Of a DNA stretch of 64,000 nucleotides, positions 53,722 through 64,000 are shown one piece after another. The position numbers and the translations under genes are program-made. The stretch is taken from positions 288,001-352,000 of the forward strand of contig CAVYBH010000012.1 in assembly GCA_963766715.1 (NCBI GenBank), given 5' to 3'. Source of the stretch: an uncultured delta proteobacterium. Lineage in GTDB: Bacteria; Myxococcota; Myxococcia; Myxococcales; Anaeromyxobacteraceae. Each line of letters begins with the position of its first letter. Positions within the stretch are counted from its first letter, which is position 1. Under the pieces are notes generated by a model. It saw only the letters and a list, made by a program, of their open reading frames with translations. It was not told the origin of the DNA and did not search any database.

Positions 53722-56037
53722 TCAACGCAGAGCTTCCGTTAGCGCATTCCTTATAGCATCCGGGGATGCCTTGCCCTTCGTTTCCCTCATGACCGCCCCA
53801 AACAGGAATGCGAGCAGCTTGGTCTCCCCCGCCCGGTAGCGGGCCACCTCGGCGGCCTGGGCGGCCAGGACGCGGGCCACGGCGCCCTCCACCGCAGCGC
53901 GGTCGTCGACCTTCTCGAGCCCGAGCTCGGCGAGGCGCGCGGCCGGGTCGCCCCCGCGCTCGACGAGGCTCGCGAGCAGCGCCTTGGCGCCCGCGCCGGT
54001 GGTGCGCCCGGACTCGGCGAGCACGACGAAGCGCCCGAAGTCGGCGGCCCGGAGCGGCAGCTGGCCGAGCGGCACGTCGCCGGCGAGCCCCTGGAGCTCG
54101 TTCAGCAGCCAGCGGGCGACCGGACCCGCCGGTCCACCGGCCTCCACGGCGGCGTCGAACCAGGCCACCGTGGCGGCGTCGGCCGCGAGAAGGTCGGCCT
54201 GGTCGGCGGACAGCCCGGGTGTGGCGGAGAGGCGAGCGTGGAGGGCGGCCAGGGCCGGGTCGGCGGCCCGGAGGTCGGCCCGGGCGTCGCCGCGGGACTT
54301 CCGCGGCGGGGAGGCGGCCGCTGGCTCCTTCGCCGGGCGGGCCGCCGCTCGCCGGGGCGCGGGGGGGGTGGCGCGAGCCGCCCAGGTGTCCTTCAGCGTG
54401 AGGGTCCGGTTGAAGACCGGGGCGCCGGGCCGGGAGTCGACCGGGTCGACGAAGAAGTAGCCCTCTCGCAGGAACTGCCAGTGCGTGCCGGGCGCGGCGT
54501 CGCGGAGCGCCGGCTCGACCCGGGCGCCTGGCGCCGAGGAGAGCGAGTCGGGATTGAGGACGGCGAGGAAGTCGTCCTCGGCGTCGGGCTTCTCGACGGT
54601 GAAGAGCCGGTCGTAGAGCCGGACCGCGGCAGGCACGGAGCGGGACGCCTCGACCCAGTGGAGGGTCCCCACGCCGCGTCGGGCGGTGCCCGCCGAGTCG
54701 CGCGAGGCCGGGTCGTGGGAGCAGCGGATCTCCACCACCTCGCCGGACGGGCCGCGCACGACCTCGTCGCAGCGGACCACGTAGGCGCCGGCCAGGCGGA
54801 CCTCCCGCCCGGGCGCGAGGCGCTTCCAGTCGGCGGGTGGCTCCGAGGAGAAGTCGTCCCGCTCGATGAGGAGGCTCCCGCCGAACGGGACCTTGCGGCT
54901 TCCTCCCCGGGCGGGATCGGCTGGCCACCAGGGCAGGTCGAGCTCCTCGATGCGGCCAGCGCTCCCAGGTGGTGAGGGTGAGGGGGAGGGGGTCGAGGAC
55001 GGCGAGGGCGCGGGGGGACCGCGATTCCAGGTCTCCGCGGACCGCGAACTCGAACTTGCCGATGTCGACCACGCTGTTGTTCTTGGCGACGCCAATCAGG
55101 TCGGCGAAGTCCCGCAGCGCCTGCGGCGTCACGCCGCGCCGGCGCATCCCCGCGATGGTGGGCATGCGCGGATCGTCCCAGCCCGCGACGCGCTTCTCGT
55201 TCACGAGCTGGAGGAGCTTGCGCTTCGACATGACCGTGTAGCCGAGCGCCAGCCGGGCGAACTCGTACTGGTGCGGACGGGGGGCCCAGGGCCCGGTGCT
55301 CTCGAGCACCCAGTCGTAGAGCTCGCGGTTCGACTCGAACTCCAGCGTGCAGATGGAATGGGTCACGCCCTCGATGGCGTCCTCGAGCGGGTGGGCCCAG
55401 TCGTACATGGGGTAGATGCACCAGGCGTCGCCGGTACGGTGGTGGTCGGCGTGCCGGATCCGGTAGAGGAGCGGGTCGCGCAGGAGCACGTTCGGGTGCG
55501 CCATGTCGATGCGGGCCCGGAGCACGCAGGCCCCGTCCTCGAACTCCCCGGCGCGCATCCGCCGGAACAGGTCGAGGCTCTCCGCGGCGGGGCGGTCCCG
55601 GAACGGGCTCGCCACGCCAGGGCGGTCGAAGCTGCCGCGCTGCTCCCGGATGGCCTCCTGGGGCTGGCTGTCGACGTAGGCCTTCCCGTCCCGGACGAGC
55701 CGCTCGGCGCACTCGTACATCTTCTCGAAGTAGTCGGAGGCGTAGTGGAGGTGCGTCCCCCAGTCCCCCCCAGCCAGCGGACGTCGGCCTGGATCGACTC
55801 GACGTACTCGGTCTCCTCGGTGGTGGGGTTCGTGTCGTCGAAGCGGAGGTTCGCGTGCCCCCCGTACCGCGCCGCCAGGCCGAAGTTGAGCAGGATCGAC
55901 TTGGCGTGCCCGATGTGGAGGAAGCCGTTCGGCTCGGGAGGGAAGCGGGTCACGACGGGGCCCCGCACGCGCCCGGAGGCCAGGTCGGCGTCGATGATGT
56001 CGGTCAGGAAGTTGGACGGGCGCGCCGCGTCAGCCAT
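53722..56037 (-). CDS. glnS: Glutaminyl-tRNA synthetase with C-terminal YqeY/GatB domain; frameshifts near 55770 and 54960
   Basis: [42 protein letters not shown], tail YRAG..KL..FL.G.VM..TKGKA.P. Confidence 0.93.
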
Positions 56038-56103
56038 CCGGGGCGTGTACCGCAGCCATGAACCGCTCGCAACTACGCGGAAGGAGGGTATCCTCGTGCG
56101 GGC

Positions 56104-56340
56104 ATGGAGGCCTTCCTCGACGGCTCGAGTCCACTCCACTGGGTGGTGGTCGTGGTGCTCCTCGTCTCCGGTGCGCTGACCGCGTGGATGGGAATCCGCG
56201 ACGGGTTCATCCGCCGGGAGGTGCGCACGAACTCCGGGCCCATGCGAGGAGGAAAGGCCGTCCTCGCCGGGGCGCTATACGCCGCGTTCGGGCTCGCCGG
56301 CGTCGTCGGCGCGGTCCTCTTCGTGCTCCGGGCCCGTTAG
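56104..56340 (+). CDS. Small 2-TM membrane protein
   Basis: Two hydrophobic helices, GC3-biased codons. Confidence 0.6.
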   Translation: MEAFLDGSSPLHWVVVVVLLVSGALTAWMGIRDGFIRREVRTNSGPMRGGKAVLAGALYAAFGLAGVVGAVLFVLRAR

Positions 56341-56952
56341 GGGCGTGCGCCAGGCGTCTCCGCGGTGGCGGGGGTTCCGGCGGTCGTCGCGGGAGCACTC
56401 GAGCTGGAGCGCCACGCTGCGCTGGAAGGCCGCGACCATGGGGGCGAACCGGGAGGCGTCCTGCTCGATCGCGCCGAGCGCGAGGGCCACCGCCTCCAGG
56501 GTGGAGAGGTGGACCTCGCCCGGCTCCCGGCGCAGGTCCCCGTATCCACTGGGGCGCCGGGCGTCCACAGAGACCCGCGGGAGGGCCGACAGCGCCGGAG
56601 AGAGCCGGAGCATCTTCTCCGACTGGTGCCAGGTTCCGTCGATCGCGAAGAGCACCGGGGGAGGGCGGCCGGCCAGGTCCCCCGCGTCCACCGAGCCGGG
56701 GCCGGGATAGAGCAGGGCGGCGCCGGGAATCGCGGCGAGCTCCCGGACCCGGGCGTGCGCCTCGAAGGCGACGCCGCCGTGGAGCTCGGCGTTCTCGAGC
56801 GAGATCCGGGTCAGCCACGCGCTGCAGATGGCGAGCCGCGCCTCGCGTGGGTGCTGCAGGAGGACCACCCGGGTCCGGGAAGGGGCCGCGAGGAGCCCCT
56901 GGCAGACGCAGAAGGCCTCGGGGCGCAGGCAGCGGTCGCAGCGGGCGCGCAA
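56275..56952 (-). CDS. tapT: DTW-domain tRNA-uridine aminocarboxypropyltransferase (3' end uncertain)
   Basis: CDRC...CVC, LQHPRE, LLYP, IDGTW, LSTLEA. Confidence 0.88.
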   Translation of the reverse strand: MRARCDRCLRPEAFCVCQGLLAAPSRTRVVLLQHPREARLAICSAWLTRISLENAELHGGVAFEAHARVRELAAIPGAALLYPGPGSVDAGDLAGRPPPVLFAIDGTWHQSEKMLRLSPALSALPRVSVDARRPSGYGDLRREPGEVHLSTLEAVALALGAIEQDASRFAPMVAAFQRSVALQLECSRDDRRNPRHRGDAWRTPLTGPEHEEDRADDAGEPERGV

Positions 56953-56956
56953 GGGG

Positions 56957-57800
56957 CTACCAGTCCGCCGCCACGTCGGCCGTCGACGCGCGCGGCTCGA
57001 GGCGGATGGCGCCGTGAGGGCAGGCCGACCGGCAGGTCCCGCACCCCCAGCACGCCGTCCGATCGAGGGCCACCGCCCCCTCGCCGGCCGGCCGGATGGC
57101 GTCGAACGGGCAGCGGGGGACGCACGCGCCGCAGCCGTCGCAGCGCCCGGGGTCCTGGCGGGCCACGTCCTCCCCCTTCCACATCACCCGGACGCCGCCC
57201 GTCAGCTGGACCTTCATCGCCAGGCAGCCGCTCGGCAGGTTGCAGTTGCAGATCGCGGCCACGAAGGGGGTGAGGAAGGTCCAGGCGGTGTGGGCGAGGC
57301 CAGCCGCCTCGGCGCGCCGCAGGACCGCGAGCGCCTGGGACTTCGTCAGCTTCTCGAATCCCTGGGCCCCGGGTCCCCCGGCGTAGTCGCGGAAGGCCTC
57401 GGAGAGCGTCCCGTCGTGGGAGGCCACGGTCATCACGATGCAGCAGGACTCGGCGTCGGAGCCCGGCTTCATCGCCCCACGGCACACGCAGGGGAGCCGG
57501 GTGATGTTCGTCGCGCGGTCGAAGATCCGGGCGCACTCCTCGAGGGGGATGGGCTGCCCGAAGTGCTCCCGCTGCTGGCTCGCCGTGACCCGCTCGGCCA
57601 CGGCCTTCTCGAGGGGGCGGGGGAGGTACCGGAGCGCGGCCAGCCCGACGTCGACCGACCGGCGGGTCCGCTCGAAGTTCCGGACGAAGTCGACCATGAA
57701 CCCCCTGCCGGCGGAGGTCACTCTCCAGGTCGAACGCGTAGTTCTTCGCGTTCGCGTACCAGCGCTTGCCATCGCCGTGCTGGACGCAGAACGTGCACAT
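56957..57800 (-). CDS. 4Fe-4S dicluster protein with extra Cys motifs; frameshift near 57710
   Basis: MCTFCVQHG..KRWY, PCVCR, ICNC...C, CDGCGACVPRCP, CWGCGTCRSACP. Confidence 0.85.
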
Positions 57801-57822
57801 GGGGGCGAAGTCCGGGACGGGC

Positions 57823-58146
57823 TCAGAATACGGCCAGGAGCTCGACCTCGAAGACCAGGGTGGCGCCGGGCGGGATCTCCGGGGGCGCACCGCGCGACCC
57901 GTAGGCCAGGTCCGGGGGAAGGGTGAGCTTGCGCTTGCCCCCCACCTTCATGCCCGCGACGCCGCGATCCCAGCCCTCGATCACCTCGCCCGCCCCCAGA
58001 TGGAAGGTGAACGGGCTCCCCCCGACGGAGGAATCGAACTTCGTGCCGTCGACGAGCCAGCCGGTGTAGTGCACCTGAACGCTCTTTCCCCGGACGGCCT
58101 CCGCCCCCTTGCCGGTCACCAGGTCCTCGATCTTGGGCTTCGCCAT
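57823..58146 (-). CDS. FKBP-type peptidyl-prolyl isomerase
   Basis: [37 protein letters not shown]. Confidence 0.95.
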   Translation of the reverse strand: MAKPKIEDLVTGKGAEAVRGKSVQVHYTGWLVDGTKFDSSVGGSPFTFHLGAGEVIEGWDRGVAGMKVGGKRKLTLPPDLAYGSRGAPPEIPPGATLVFEVELLAVF

Positions 58147-58342
58147 GGACGCCTCCGGGGCGGCGCCCGGGATGGACGCACGCAGGCCGGAGGACTACCC
58201 GGTCGATGGCGGGGAGGCAAGGGGAGGGCCCCTCCGTCCACGAAGGGTGCGCCGCGCCTGGCCTGTTGCAGAATCGCTTCCAGGTGCGTAAACCATTGGT
58301 CGCGCCAGCATTCGGGCGAAACGTCATACGGGAGGAGAGAGC

Positions 58343-58756
58343 ATGAACGGGGAGCAGGAGAACGTCGCACAGCCGACCTTCAGTGAATCCGTCGTCGCGA
58401 AGGTCGAGGAGGGAAAGGCCGCGCTCGACAAGGACGTCAAGATCGTCGCGGCCGAGTTCGACGCCAGCGTGAAGAAGGCCAAGGCCACCGTGAAGAAGGC
58501 CAAGGCCCAGGCGAAGAAGTTCGTCGCCCAGGTGAAGAAGGAAGTGAAGAAGGACATCCGCAAGGCGAAGGCCGCCGGCAAGTCGGCCAGGGCCGCGGTG
58601 AAGAGCGATTTCCGCAAGGTGAAGGCCGCCGGCAAGAAGGCCAGCGCCGCCGTGAAGAGCGACTTCCGCAAGGTGAAGGCCGCTGCCAAGAAGGCCGCGA
58701 AGCCTGCGAAGAAGGTCGCGAAGAAGCCGGTCAAGAAGGCCGGCAAGAAGAAGTAG
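58343..58756 (+). CDS. Lys/Ala-rich histone-H1-like protein
   Basis: Strong RBS GGAGG; highly basic K/A C-terminal two-thirds, ending [12 protein letters not shown]. Confidence 0.75.
   Translation: MNGEQENVAQPTFSESVVAKVEEGKAALDKDVKIVAAEFDASVKKAKATVKKAKAQAKKFVAQVKKEVKKDIRKAKAAGKSARAAVKSDFRKVKAAGKKASAAVKSDFRKVKAAAKKAAKPAKKVAKKPVKKAGKKK
58544..58705 (+). repeat. Three 54-bp (18-aa) tandem repeats
   Basis: Units start at 58544, 58598 and 58652: [18 protein letters not shown] / [18 protein letters not shown] / [18 protein letters not shown]. Confidence 0.85.
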
Positions 58757-58771
58757 ACGGCCGGGGTCCCA

Positions 58772-58822
58772 GGGGGCGCGCCGTCCGTGGCCTTCGCCAC
58801 GGGGGCTGCGCCCCTTTCCTTT
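58772..58822 (+). terminator. Intrinsic terminator
   Basis: GC-rich stem around CCGTGGC-CTTC-GCCACGG closed by GGGGCGC/GCGCCCC, then TTTCCTTT. Confidence 0.7.
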
Positions 58823-58878
58823 GCGCCCCGTGTGGATCTCGTGGACGGGTCGCGCGAGTTCTGCTTTCCTTCCGGGTC

Positions 58879-60498
58879 ATGGCCACTCCAGTCTTCCAGT
58901 ATCAGGACCCGTTCCCGCTCTCGAAGGACCAGACCCGCTACCGCCTGATCGGCAAGGAAGGCGTCTCGGTCACGACCTTCGAGGGCAAGGAGATCCTCAA
59001 GGTCGAGCCGTCCGCGCTCGAGCAGGTCGCGCACGAGTCCATGCGGGAGCTCTCCTTCTTCCTTCGCCCCGCGCACAACGAGCAGGTCGCGAAGATCCTC
59101 TCCGACCCCGAAGCCTCGCAGAACGACAAGGGCGTGGCGGTCGCCTTCCTGCGCAACGCCGAGATCGCGGCCCAGGGCGACCTGCCCATCTGCCAGGACA
59201 CCGGCACGGCCACCGTGATGGGGAAGAAGGGGCAGCAGGTCTGGACCGGGGTGAAGGACGAGGAGTGGATCTCCAAGGGCGTGTACCGCACCTACACCGA
59301 GGAGAACCTGCGCTACTCGCAGACCGCGCCGCTCAACATGTACGACGAGGTCAACACCGGCACGAACCTGCCGGCCCAGATCGACCTCTACGCGACCGAG
59401 GGCGCCGAGTACAAGTTCCTCTTCGTGGCCAAGGGCGGCGGCTCCGCCAACAAGACCATGCTCTGGCAGGAGACGAAGGCGCTGCTCACGCCGGAGAAGC
59501 TCGAGAAGTTCCTCGTCGACAAGATGAAGTACCTCGGCACCGCCGCCTGCCCGCCGTACCACATCGCCGCGGTCATCGGCGGCACGTCGGCCGAGCAGAC
59601 CCTGAAGGTGGTGAAGCTCGCCTCCACCAAGTACTACGACGGCCTCCCCACAGAGGGAAACGCGCACGGCCAGGCTTTCCGCGACGTCGAGCTCGAGAAG
59701 CGGCTCCTCGACGCGGCCAACAAGCTCGGCATCGGCGCGCAGTTCGGCGGCAAGTACTTCGCCCACGACATCCGCGTGGTCCGCCTGCCGCGGCACGGCG
59801 CCTCCTGCCCGGTGGGCATGGGCGTCTCCTGCTCGGCCGACCGCAACATGAAGGCCAAGATCAACCGGGACGGGATTCGGATCGAGGAGCTCGATCGGAA
59901 CCCCGGGCGCCTCATCCCCGCCGAGTACCGCGGCAAGCACGGCCACGGGGTGAAGATCGACCTGAACCGCCCGATGAAGGAGATCGTGGCCGAGCTGTCG
60001 AAGCATCCGGTGTCGACGCCGCTGCTCCTCAACGGGACGCTGGTGGTCGCCCGCGACATCGCCCACGCCAAGTTCAAGGAGCTCATCGACTCGGGCAAGG
60101 GAGTCCCCGAGTACCTGAAGAACCACCCCGTCTACTACGCCGGCCCGGCCAAGACGCCGAAGGGCAAGGCCTCGGGCTCCTTCGGGCCCACGACCGCCGG
60201 GCGCATGGACTCGTACGTGGACCTGCTGCAGTCCCACGGCGCCTCGCTCGTCATGATCGCGAAGGGAAACCGCAGCCAGCAGGTGACCGACGCCTGCAAG
60301 AAGTACGGCGGGTTCTACCTGGGCTCGATCGGCGGCCCCGCGGCGGTTCTGGCCGAGGAGAACATCAAGAAGGTCGAGTGCATCGACTTCCCCGAGCTCG
60401 GCATGGAGGCGGTCTGGAAGATCGAGGTCGAGAACTTCCCGGCCTTCATCCTGGTCGACGACAAGGGGACCGACTTCTTCAAGAAGCTCGGGATTTAG
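58879..60498 (+). CDS. fumA: Class I (Fe-S) fumarate hydratase
   Basis: [43 protein letters not shown]. Confidence 0.95.
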   Translation: MATPVFQYQDPFPLSKDQTRYRLIGKEGVSVTTFEGKEILKVEPSALEQVAHESMRELSFFLRPAHNEQVAKILSDPEASQNDKGVAVAFLRNAEIAAQGDLPICQDTGTATVMGKKGQQVWTGVKDEEWISKGVYRTYTEENLRYSQTAPLNMYDEVNTGTNLPAQIDLYATEGAEYKFLFVAKGGGSANKTMLWQETKALLTPEKLEKFLVDKMKYLGTAACPPYHIAAVIGGTSAEQTLKVVKLASTKYYDGLPTEGNAHGQAFRDVELEKRLLDAANKLGIGAQFGGKYFAHDIRVVRLPRHGASCPVGMGVSCSADRNMKAKINRDGIRIEELDRNPGRLIPAEYRGKHGHGVKIDLNRPMKEIVAELSKHPVSTPLLLNGTLVVARDIAHAKFKELIDSGKGVPEYLKNHPVYYAGPAKTPKGKASGSFGPTTAGRMDSYVDLLQSHGASLVMIAKGNRSQQVTDACKKYGGFYLGSIGGPAAVLAEENIKKVECIDFPELGMEAVWKIEVENFPAFILVDDKGTDFFKKLGI

Positions 60499-60516
60499 CG
60501 AACGTTGACGTCCGCG

Positions 60517-60554
60517 CGGCCCCGCGCGTCCTCCGGGACGTCCGGGGCCGTTTT
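60517..60554 (+). terminator. Intrinsic terminator after fumarase
   Basis: CGGCCCCG...CGGGGCCG stem followed by TTTT. Confidence 0.6.
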
Positions 60555-60610
60555 GCGCCCGATTGGGTCGTGTATACTCTTCCGCCCATTTCCCGAACCG
60601 CCGGACGGTC

Positions 60611-62024
60611 ATGAACGAGCCCCGAACGCTGCTGCAGAAGATTCTGGGATGCCCACGTCGTCGCCCAGGAGGAGGGCGCCCCCGCCATCCTCTACGTCGA
60701 CCGCCACCTCGTCCACGAGGTGACGTCGCCCCAGGCCTTCACCGGCCTTCGCGCGCGCAAGATCGGGGTGAGGCGCCCCGAGCTCACCACCGCCACCGCC
60801 GACCACTCCATCCCCACCCGGGGGCCGGTGGTGGACGCGCAGGCGGCGGCCCAGCTCGCGCAGCTCGAGGAGAACTGCCGCGAGTTCGGCGTCCCCCTCC
60901 ACGGCCGCGACAGCCCGACCCAGGGCATCGTGCACGTGATGGGTCCGGAGCTCGGGCTCACCCAGCCGGGCATGACCATCGTCTGCGGGGACAGCCACAC
61001 CGCGACCCACGGCGCCTTCGGGGCGCTGGCCTTCGGGATCGGCACGAGCGAGGTCGAGCACGTGCTCGCGACCCAGTGCCTGCTCCAGCACCGGCCGAAG
61101 AACTACGAGGTCCGCGTCGAGGGACGGCTCGCGCCCGGGGTCACGGCGAAGGACGTCATCCTGGCGCTCATCGCCCGCATCGGCGTGGGCGGGGGCACCG
61201 GCCACGTCTTCGAGTTCTGCGGCCCGGCGATCCGCGCCCTCGACATGGAGGAGCGGATGACGGTCTGCAACATGGCCATCGAGGGCGGCGCCCGCGCCGG
61301 CCTCATCGCTCCCGACGAGACGACCTTCGCCTATCTCCAGGGGCGTCCCGCGTCGCCGAAGGGCGAGGCGTGGGACCGCGCGGTGGCCCGCTGGCGGACC
61401 CTGCCCACCGACCCGGGGGCCCGCTTCGACCGCACCATCACGATCGACGCGTCCTCGCTGGAGCCGATGATCACCTACGGGACCAACCCCGGCATGGGCA
61501 TCGGCATCGGCGGGCGCGTCCCCGACCCGGCGGCCCTCGGCGAGGCCTCTCAGCGGGCCGCGATGGAGAAGGCGCTCGGGTACATGGGGCTCCGCCCCGG
61601 TCAGCCCCTGGCCGGCCAGCCGGTCCAGGTGGTCTTCATCGGGAGCTGCACGAACGGGCGGATCTCCGACCTGCGCGCCGCCGCCTCGGTCCTTCGCGGC
61701 CGCAAGGTCGCCCCCGGGATGCGCGTGCTCGTCGTCCCGGGCTCGCAGCAGGTGAAGAAGCAGGCCGAGGCCGAGGGGCTCGACCGGGTCTTCATCGAGT
61801 CCGGAGCGGAGTGGCGCAACCCGGGCTGTTCCATGTGCATCGCCATGAACGGCGACCAGCTCCAGCCGGGCGAGTACGCGGTCTCCACCTCCAACCGGAA
61901 CTTCGAGGGGCGCCAGGGCAAGGGCGGCCGCACGCTGCTCGCCTCGCCGCTCACCGCCGCCGCGTCGGCCGTCACCGGGAAGGTCACCGACCCCCGGACG
62001 CTCACCCGCTCCCAGGGAGCCTGA
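60611..62024 (+). CDS. leuC: 3-isopropylmalate dehydratase large subunit; frameshift near 60642
   Basis: [50 protein letters not shown]. Confidence 0.95.
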
Positions 62025-62026
62025 TC

Positions 62027-62623
62027 ATGGCCCAGTTCACCACGCTCACCTCCCGCGTCGTCGTGCTGCACCGGCACGACATCGACACCGACCAGATCAT
62101 CCCGGCGCGCTTCCTCAAGACCACCGACAAGACCGGCCTGGGCTCGGCCCTGTTCGCCGACTGGCGGTACGGCGCCGACGGGACGCCGCACCCCACCTTC
62201 GAGGTGAACCTGCCCCGCGCGAAGGGGGCGCAGGTCCTCCTCGTCGGCGACAACTTCGGCTGCGGAAGCTCCCGCGAGCACGCGCCCTGGGCGCTGACCG
62301 GCTTCGGCTTCCGGGCCGTCGTGGCCACCTCGTTCGCCGACATCTTCCGGAACAACGCCCTGAAGAACGGGCTCCTGCCGGTGGCCATCGACGCGGCGGC
62401 GCACGCGTCCCTGCTCGCCCAGCTGGCGAGCGATCCCGAGGCGCAGGTCACGGTCGACCTGGCCCGCCAGACGCTGCGCCTTCCCGACGGGACCGAGGTG
62501 ACGTTCCCCATCGATCCGTTCGCCCGGACCTGCCTGCTCGAGGGGGTCGACGAGCTCGGCTACATCCTGCGGTTCGAGTCCCGCATCGCGGAGCACGAGA
62601 GGCGGCAGCGGGAGGGCGCGTGA
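62027..62623 (+). CDS. leuD: 3-isopropylmalate dehydratase small subunit
   Basis: [36 protein letters not shown]. Confidence 0.96.
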   Translation: MAQFTTLTSRVVVLHRHDIDTDQIIPARFLKTTDKTGLGSALFADWRYGADGTPHPTFEVNLPRAKGAQVLLVGDNFGCGSSREHAPWALTGFGFRAVVATSFADIFRNNALKNGLLPVAIDAAAHASLLAQLASDPEAQVTVDLARQTLRLPDGTEVTFPIDPFARTCLLEGVDELGYILRFESRIAEHERRQREGA

Positions 62624-64000
62624 TCCAGATCTACGACACGACCCTGCGCGACGGCACGCAGCGGGAGGGCATCTCCCTCTCCTGCGACGACAAGATCGCG
62701 GTGGCGATCCGGCTCGACGAGCTGGGGGTGGCGTTCATCGAGGGGGGCTGGCCCGGCTCCAACCCCAAGGACGCCGAGTTCTTCTCCCGGGCCCGGGACA
62801 TGGCCTGGAAGACGGCGCGCATCGCCGCCTTCGGATCGACCTGCCGGGTCGGTGGGGTCCCCGAGGACGACGCCAACATCCGGGCGCTCGTGGACTCGGG
62901 TGCGCCGGTCTGCACCGTGGTGGGAAAGACCTGGACCCTCCACGTCACCGAGGTGCTCCGGGCCTCGCTCGAGGAGAACCTCCGGATCATCGAGGCCAGC
63001 CTGGCCTTCCTCTCGGCCCAGGGCCGGCGGGTGATCTACGACGCCGAGCACTTCTTCGACGGCTGGCGCGCCGATCCGGCCTATGCGCTCGCCACGCTCG
63101 AGGCGGCGGCGCGCGGCGGCGCCGAGACGGTCGTCCTGTGCGACACGAACGGCGGGTCGCTGCCGTGGCAGATCGCCGACGTGGTCCGGCAGGTGCGGGC
63201 GAAGATCCGGACGCCGCTCGGCATCCACGCCCACAACGACAGCGAGACCGCGGTGGCGAACTCGCTGGCCGCGGTCCACGAGGGCGTGGTGCAGGTCCAG
63301 GGCACCGTGAACGGCTACGGGGAGCGGTGCGGAAACGCCAACCTCTGCTCGGTCATCCCCGCGCTGGAGGCGAAGATGGGGCTCCCGTGCCTCCCGGCCG
63401 GGCGGCTCGCCACCCTGACGGAGGTGGCCCGGTTCGTCACCGAGGTCACGAACCAGGCGCCCAACGACCACCAGCCCTACGTGGGGAAGTCGGCCTTCGC
63501 CCACAAGGGAGGCATCCACGTGGCCGCCATGCGGCGGAACGAGGCCACCTACCAGCACCTCGACCCGGCGCTCGTCGGCAACCGGATGCGGGTGGTGGTG
63601 AGCGAGCTCTCCGGGAGAGGGAACCTGCTCTCCAAGGCCGAGGAGCTGGGACTCGCCGGGGCCGACATGGCCGGCGTGCTCGGGGAGATCAAGGACCTCG
63701 AGGCGAAGGGATTCTCGTTCGAGGCCGCCGAGGCCTCCGTGGCCGTGATGATGAAGCGCCAGGAGCCGGGCTACCGGCCCCCCTTCGAGCTGATGGACTT
63801 CCTGGTGAACGTCGAGCACCGCACCGGCCGCGGGATCTTCGCCGAGGCCATGGTGAAGGTGCGGGTCGACGGCGAGGTCCTCCACACCGCCGCCGAGGGT
63901 TCCGGGCCGGTCGACGCGCTCGACACCGCGCTGCGGAAGGCGCTCGCCCCGCGCTACCCGCGGGTCGTCGACATGAAGCTCACCGACTACAAGGTCCGCA
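62620..64000 (+). CDS. cimA: Citramalate synthase (3' truncated; absent from ORF track)
   Basis: GTG start overlapping leuD stop; [54 protein letters not shown]. Confidence 0.88.
   Translation, partial: MIQIYDTTLRDGTQREGISLSCDDKIAVAIRLDELGVAFIEGGWPGSNPKDAEFFSRARDMAWKTARIAAFGSTCRVGGVPEDDANIRALVDSGAPVCTVVGKTWTLHVTEVLRASLEENLRIIEASLAFLSAQGRRVIYDAEHFFDGWRADPAYALATLEAAARGGAETVVLCDTNGGSLPWQIADVVRQVRAKIRTPLGIHAHNDSETAVANSLAAVHEGVVQVQGTVNGYGERCGNANLCSVIPALEAKMGLPCLPAGRLATLTEVARFVTEVTNQAPNDHQPYVGKSAFAHKGGIHVAAMRRNEATYQHLDPALVGNRMRVVVSELSGRGNLLSKAEELGLAGADMAGVLGEIKDLEAKGFSFEAAEASVAVMMKRQEPGYRPPFELMDFLVNVEHRTGRGIFAEAMVKVRVDGEVLHTAAEGSGPVDALDTALRKALAPRYPRVVDMKLTDYKVR

Noticed and set aside
58544..58705. 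Tandem repeats as a possible CRISPR array
   Set aside because: In-frame coding repeats without unique spacers; no cas genes.
58820..60559. Recurring TTTGCGCC upstream of operons (38665, 58820, 60552)
   Set aside because: Two of the three are simply terminator T-tails running into GC-rich sequence.
60499..60610. Leucine attenuator leader before leuC
   Set aside because: No short Leu-rich leader peptide; the hairpin fits the fumarase terminator.
58324..60612. Long antisense ORFs opposite real genes (also 46627-50235, 6492-9095, 1402-2961)
   Set aside because: Shadow frames expected from high GC3 codon bias; no recognisable motifs.

Overview
High-GC bacterial DNA, most consistent with an Anaeromyxobacter-like member of Myxococcota: it carries a TIGR04563-type small protein and myxobacterial Cys-rich modules. 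About 60 genes are recognisable. Roughly 30 single-base frameshifts, mostly +1 where I reconstructed them, break many genes including glnS and leuC; these are best explained as long-read consensus errors. Positions 1-16.4 kb form an accessory-looking block of secreted and outer-membrane proteins around an arylsulfatase, with a divergent AraC regulator and gene scars at its right edge. Next come an expanded chrB...chrA chromate operon, a small redox operon, an ABC-F ATPase, and a PrpR-family activator facing a sigma-54 promoter that drives a beta-oxidation operon. These are followed by a binding-protein/hybrid-kinase pair, a three-gene system II cytochrome c maturation locus with an uncharacterised lipoprotein, prfC, a CDF transporter and DAHP synthase. 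An FNR-box-preceded [NiFe]-hydrogenase has the six-Cys O2-tolerance signature. The window ends with uup, gloA, GlnRS-YqeY, a DTW enzyme, an Fe-S protein, FKBP, a histone-H1/phasin-like repeat protein, class I fumarase and leuC-leuD-cimA. I found no rRNA, tRNA, CRISPR array, integrase or transposase. Family names come from motif recognition by eye, not database searches.
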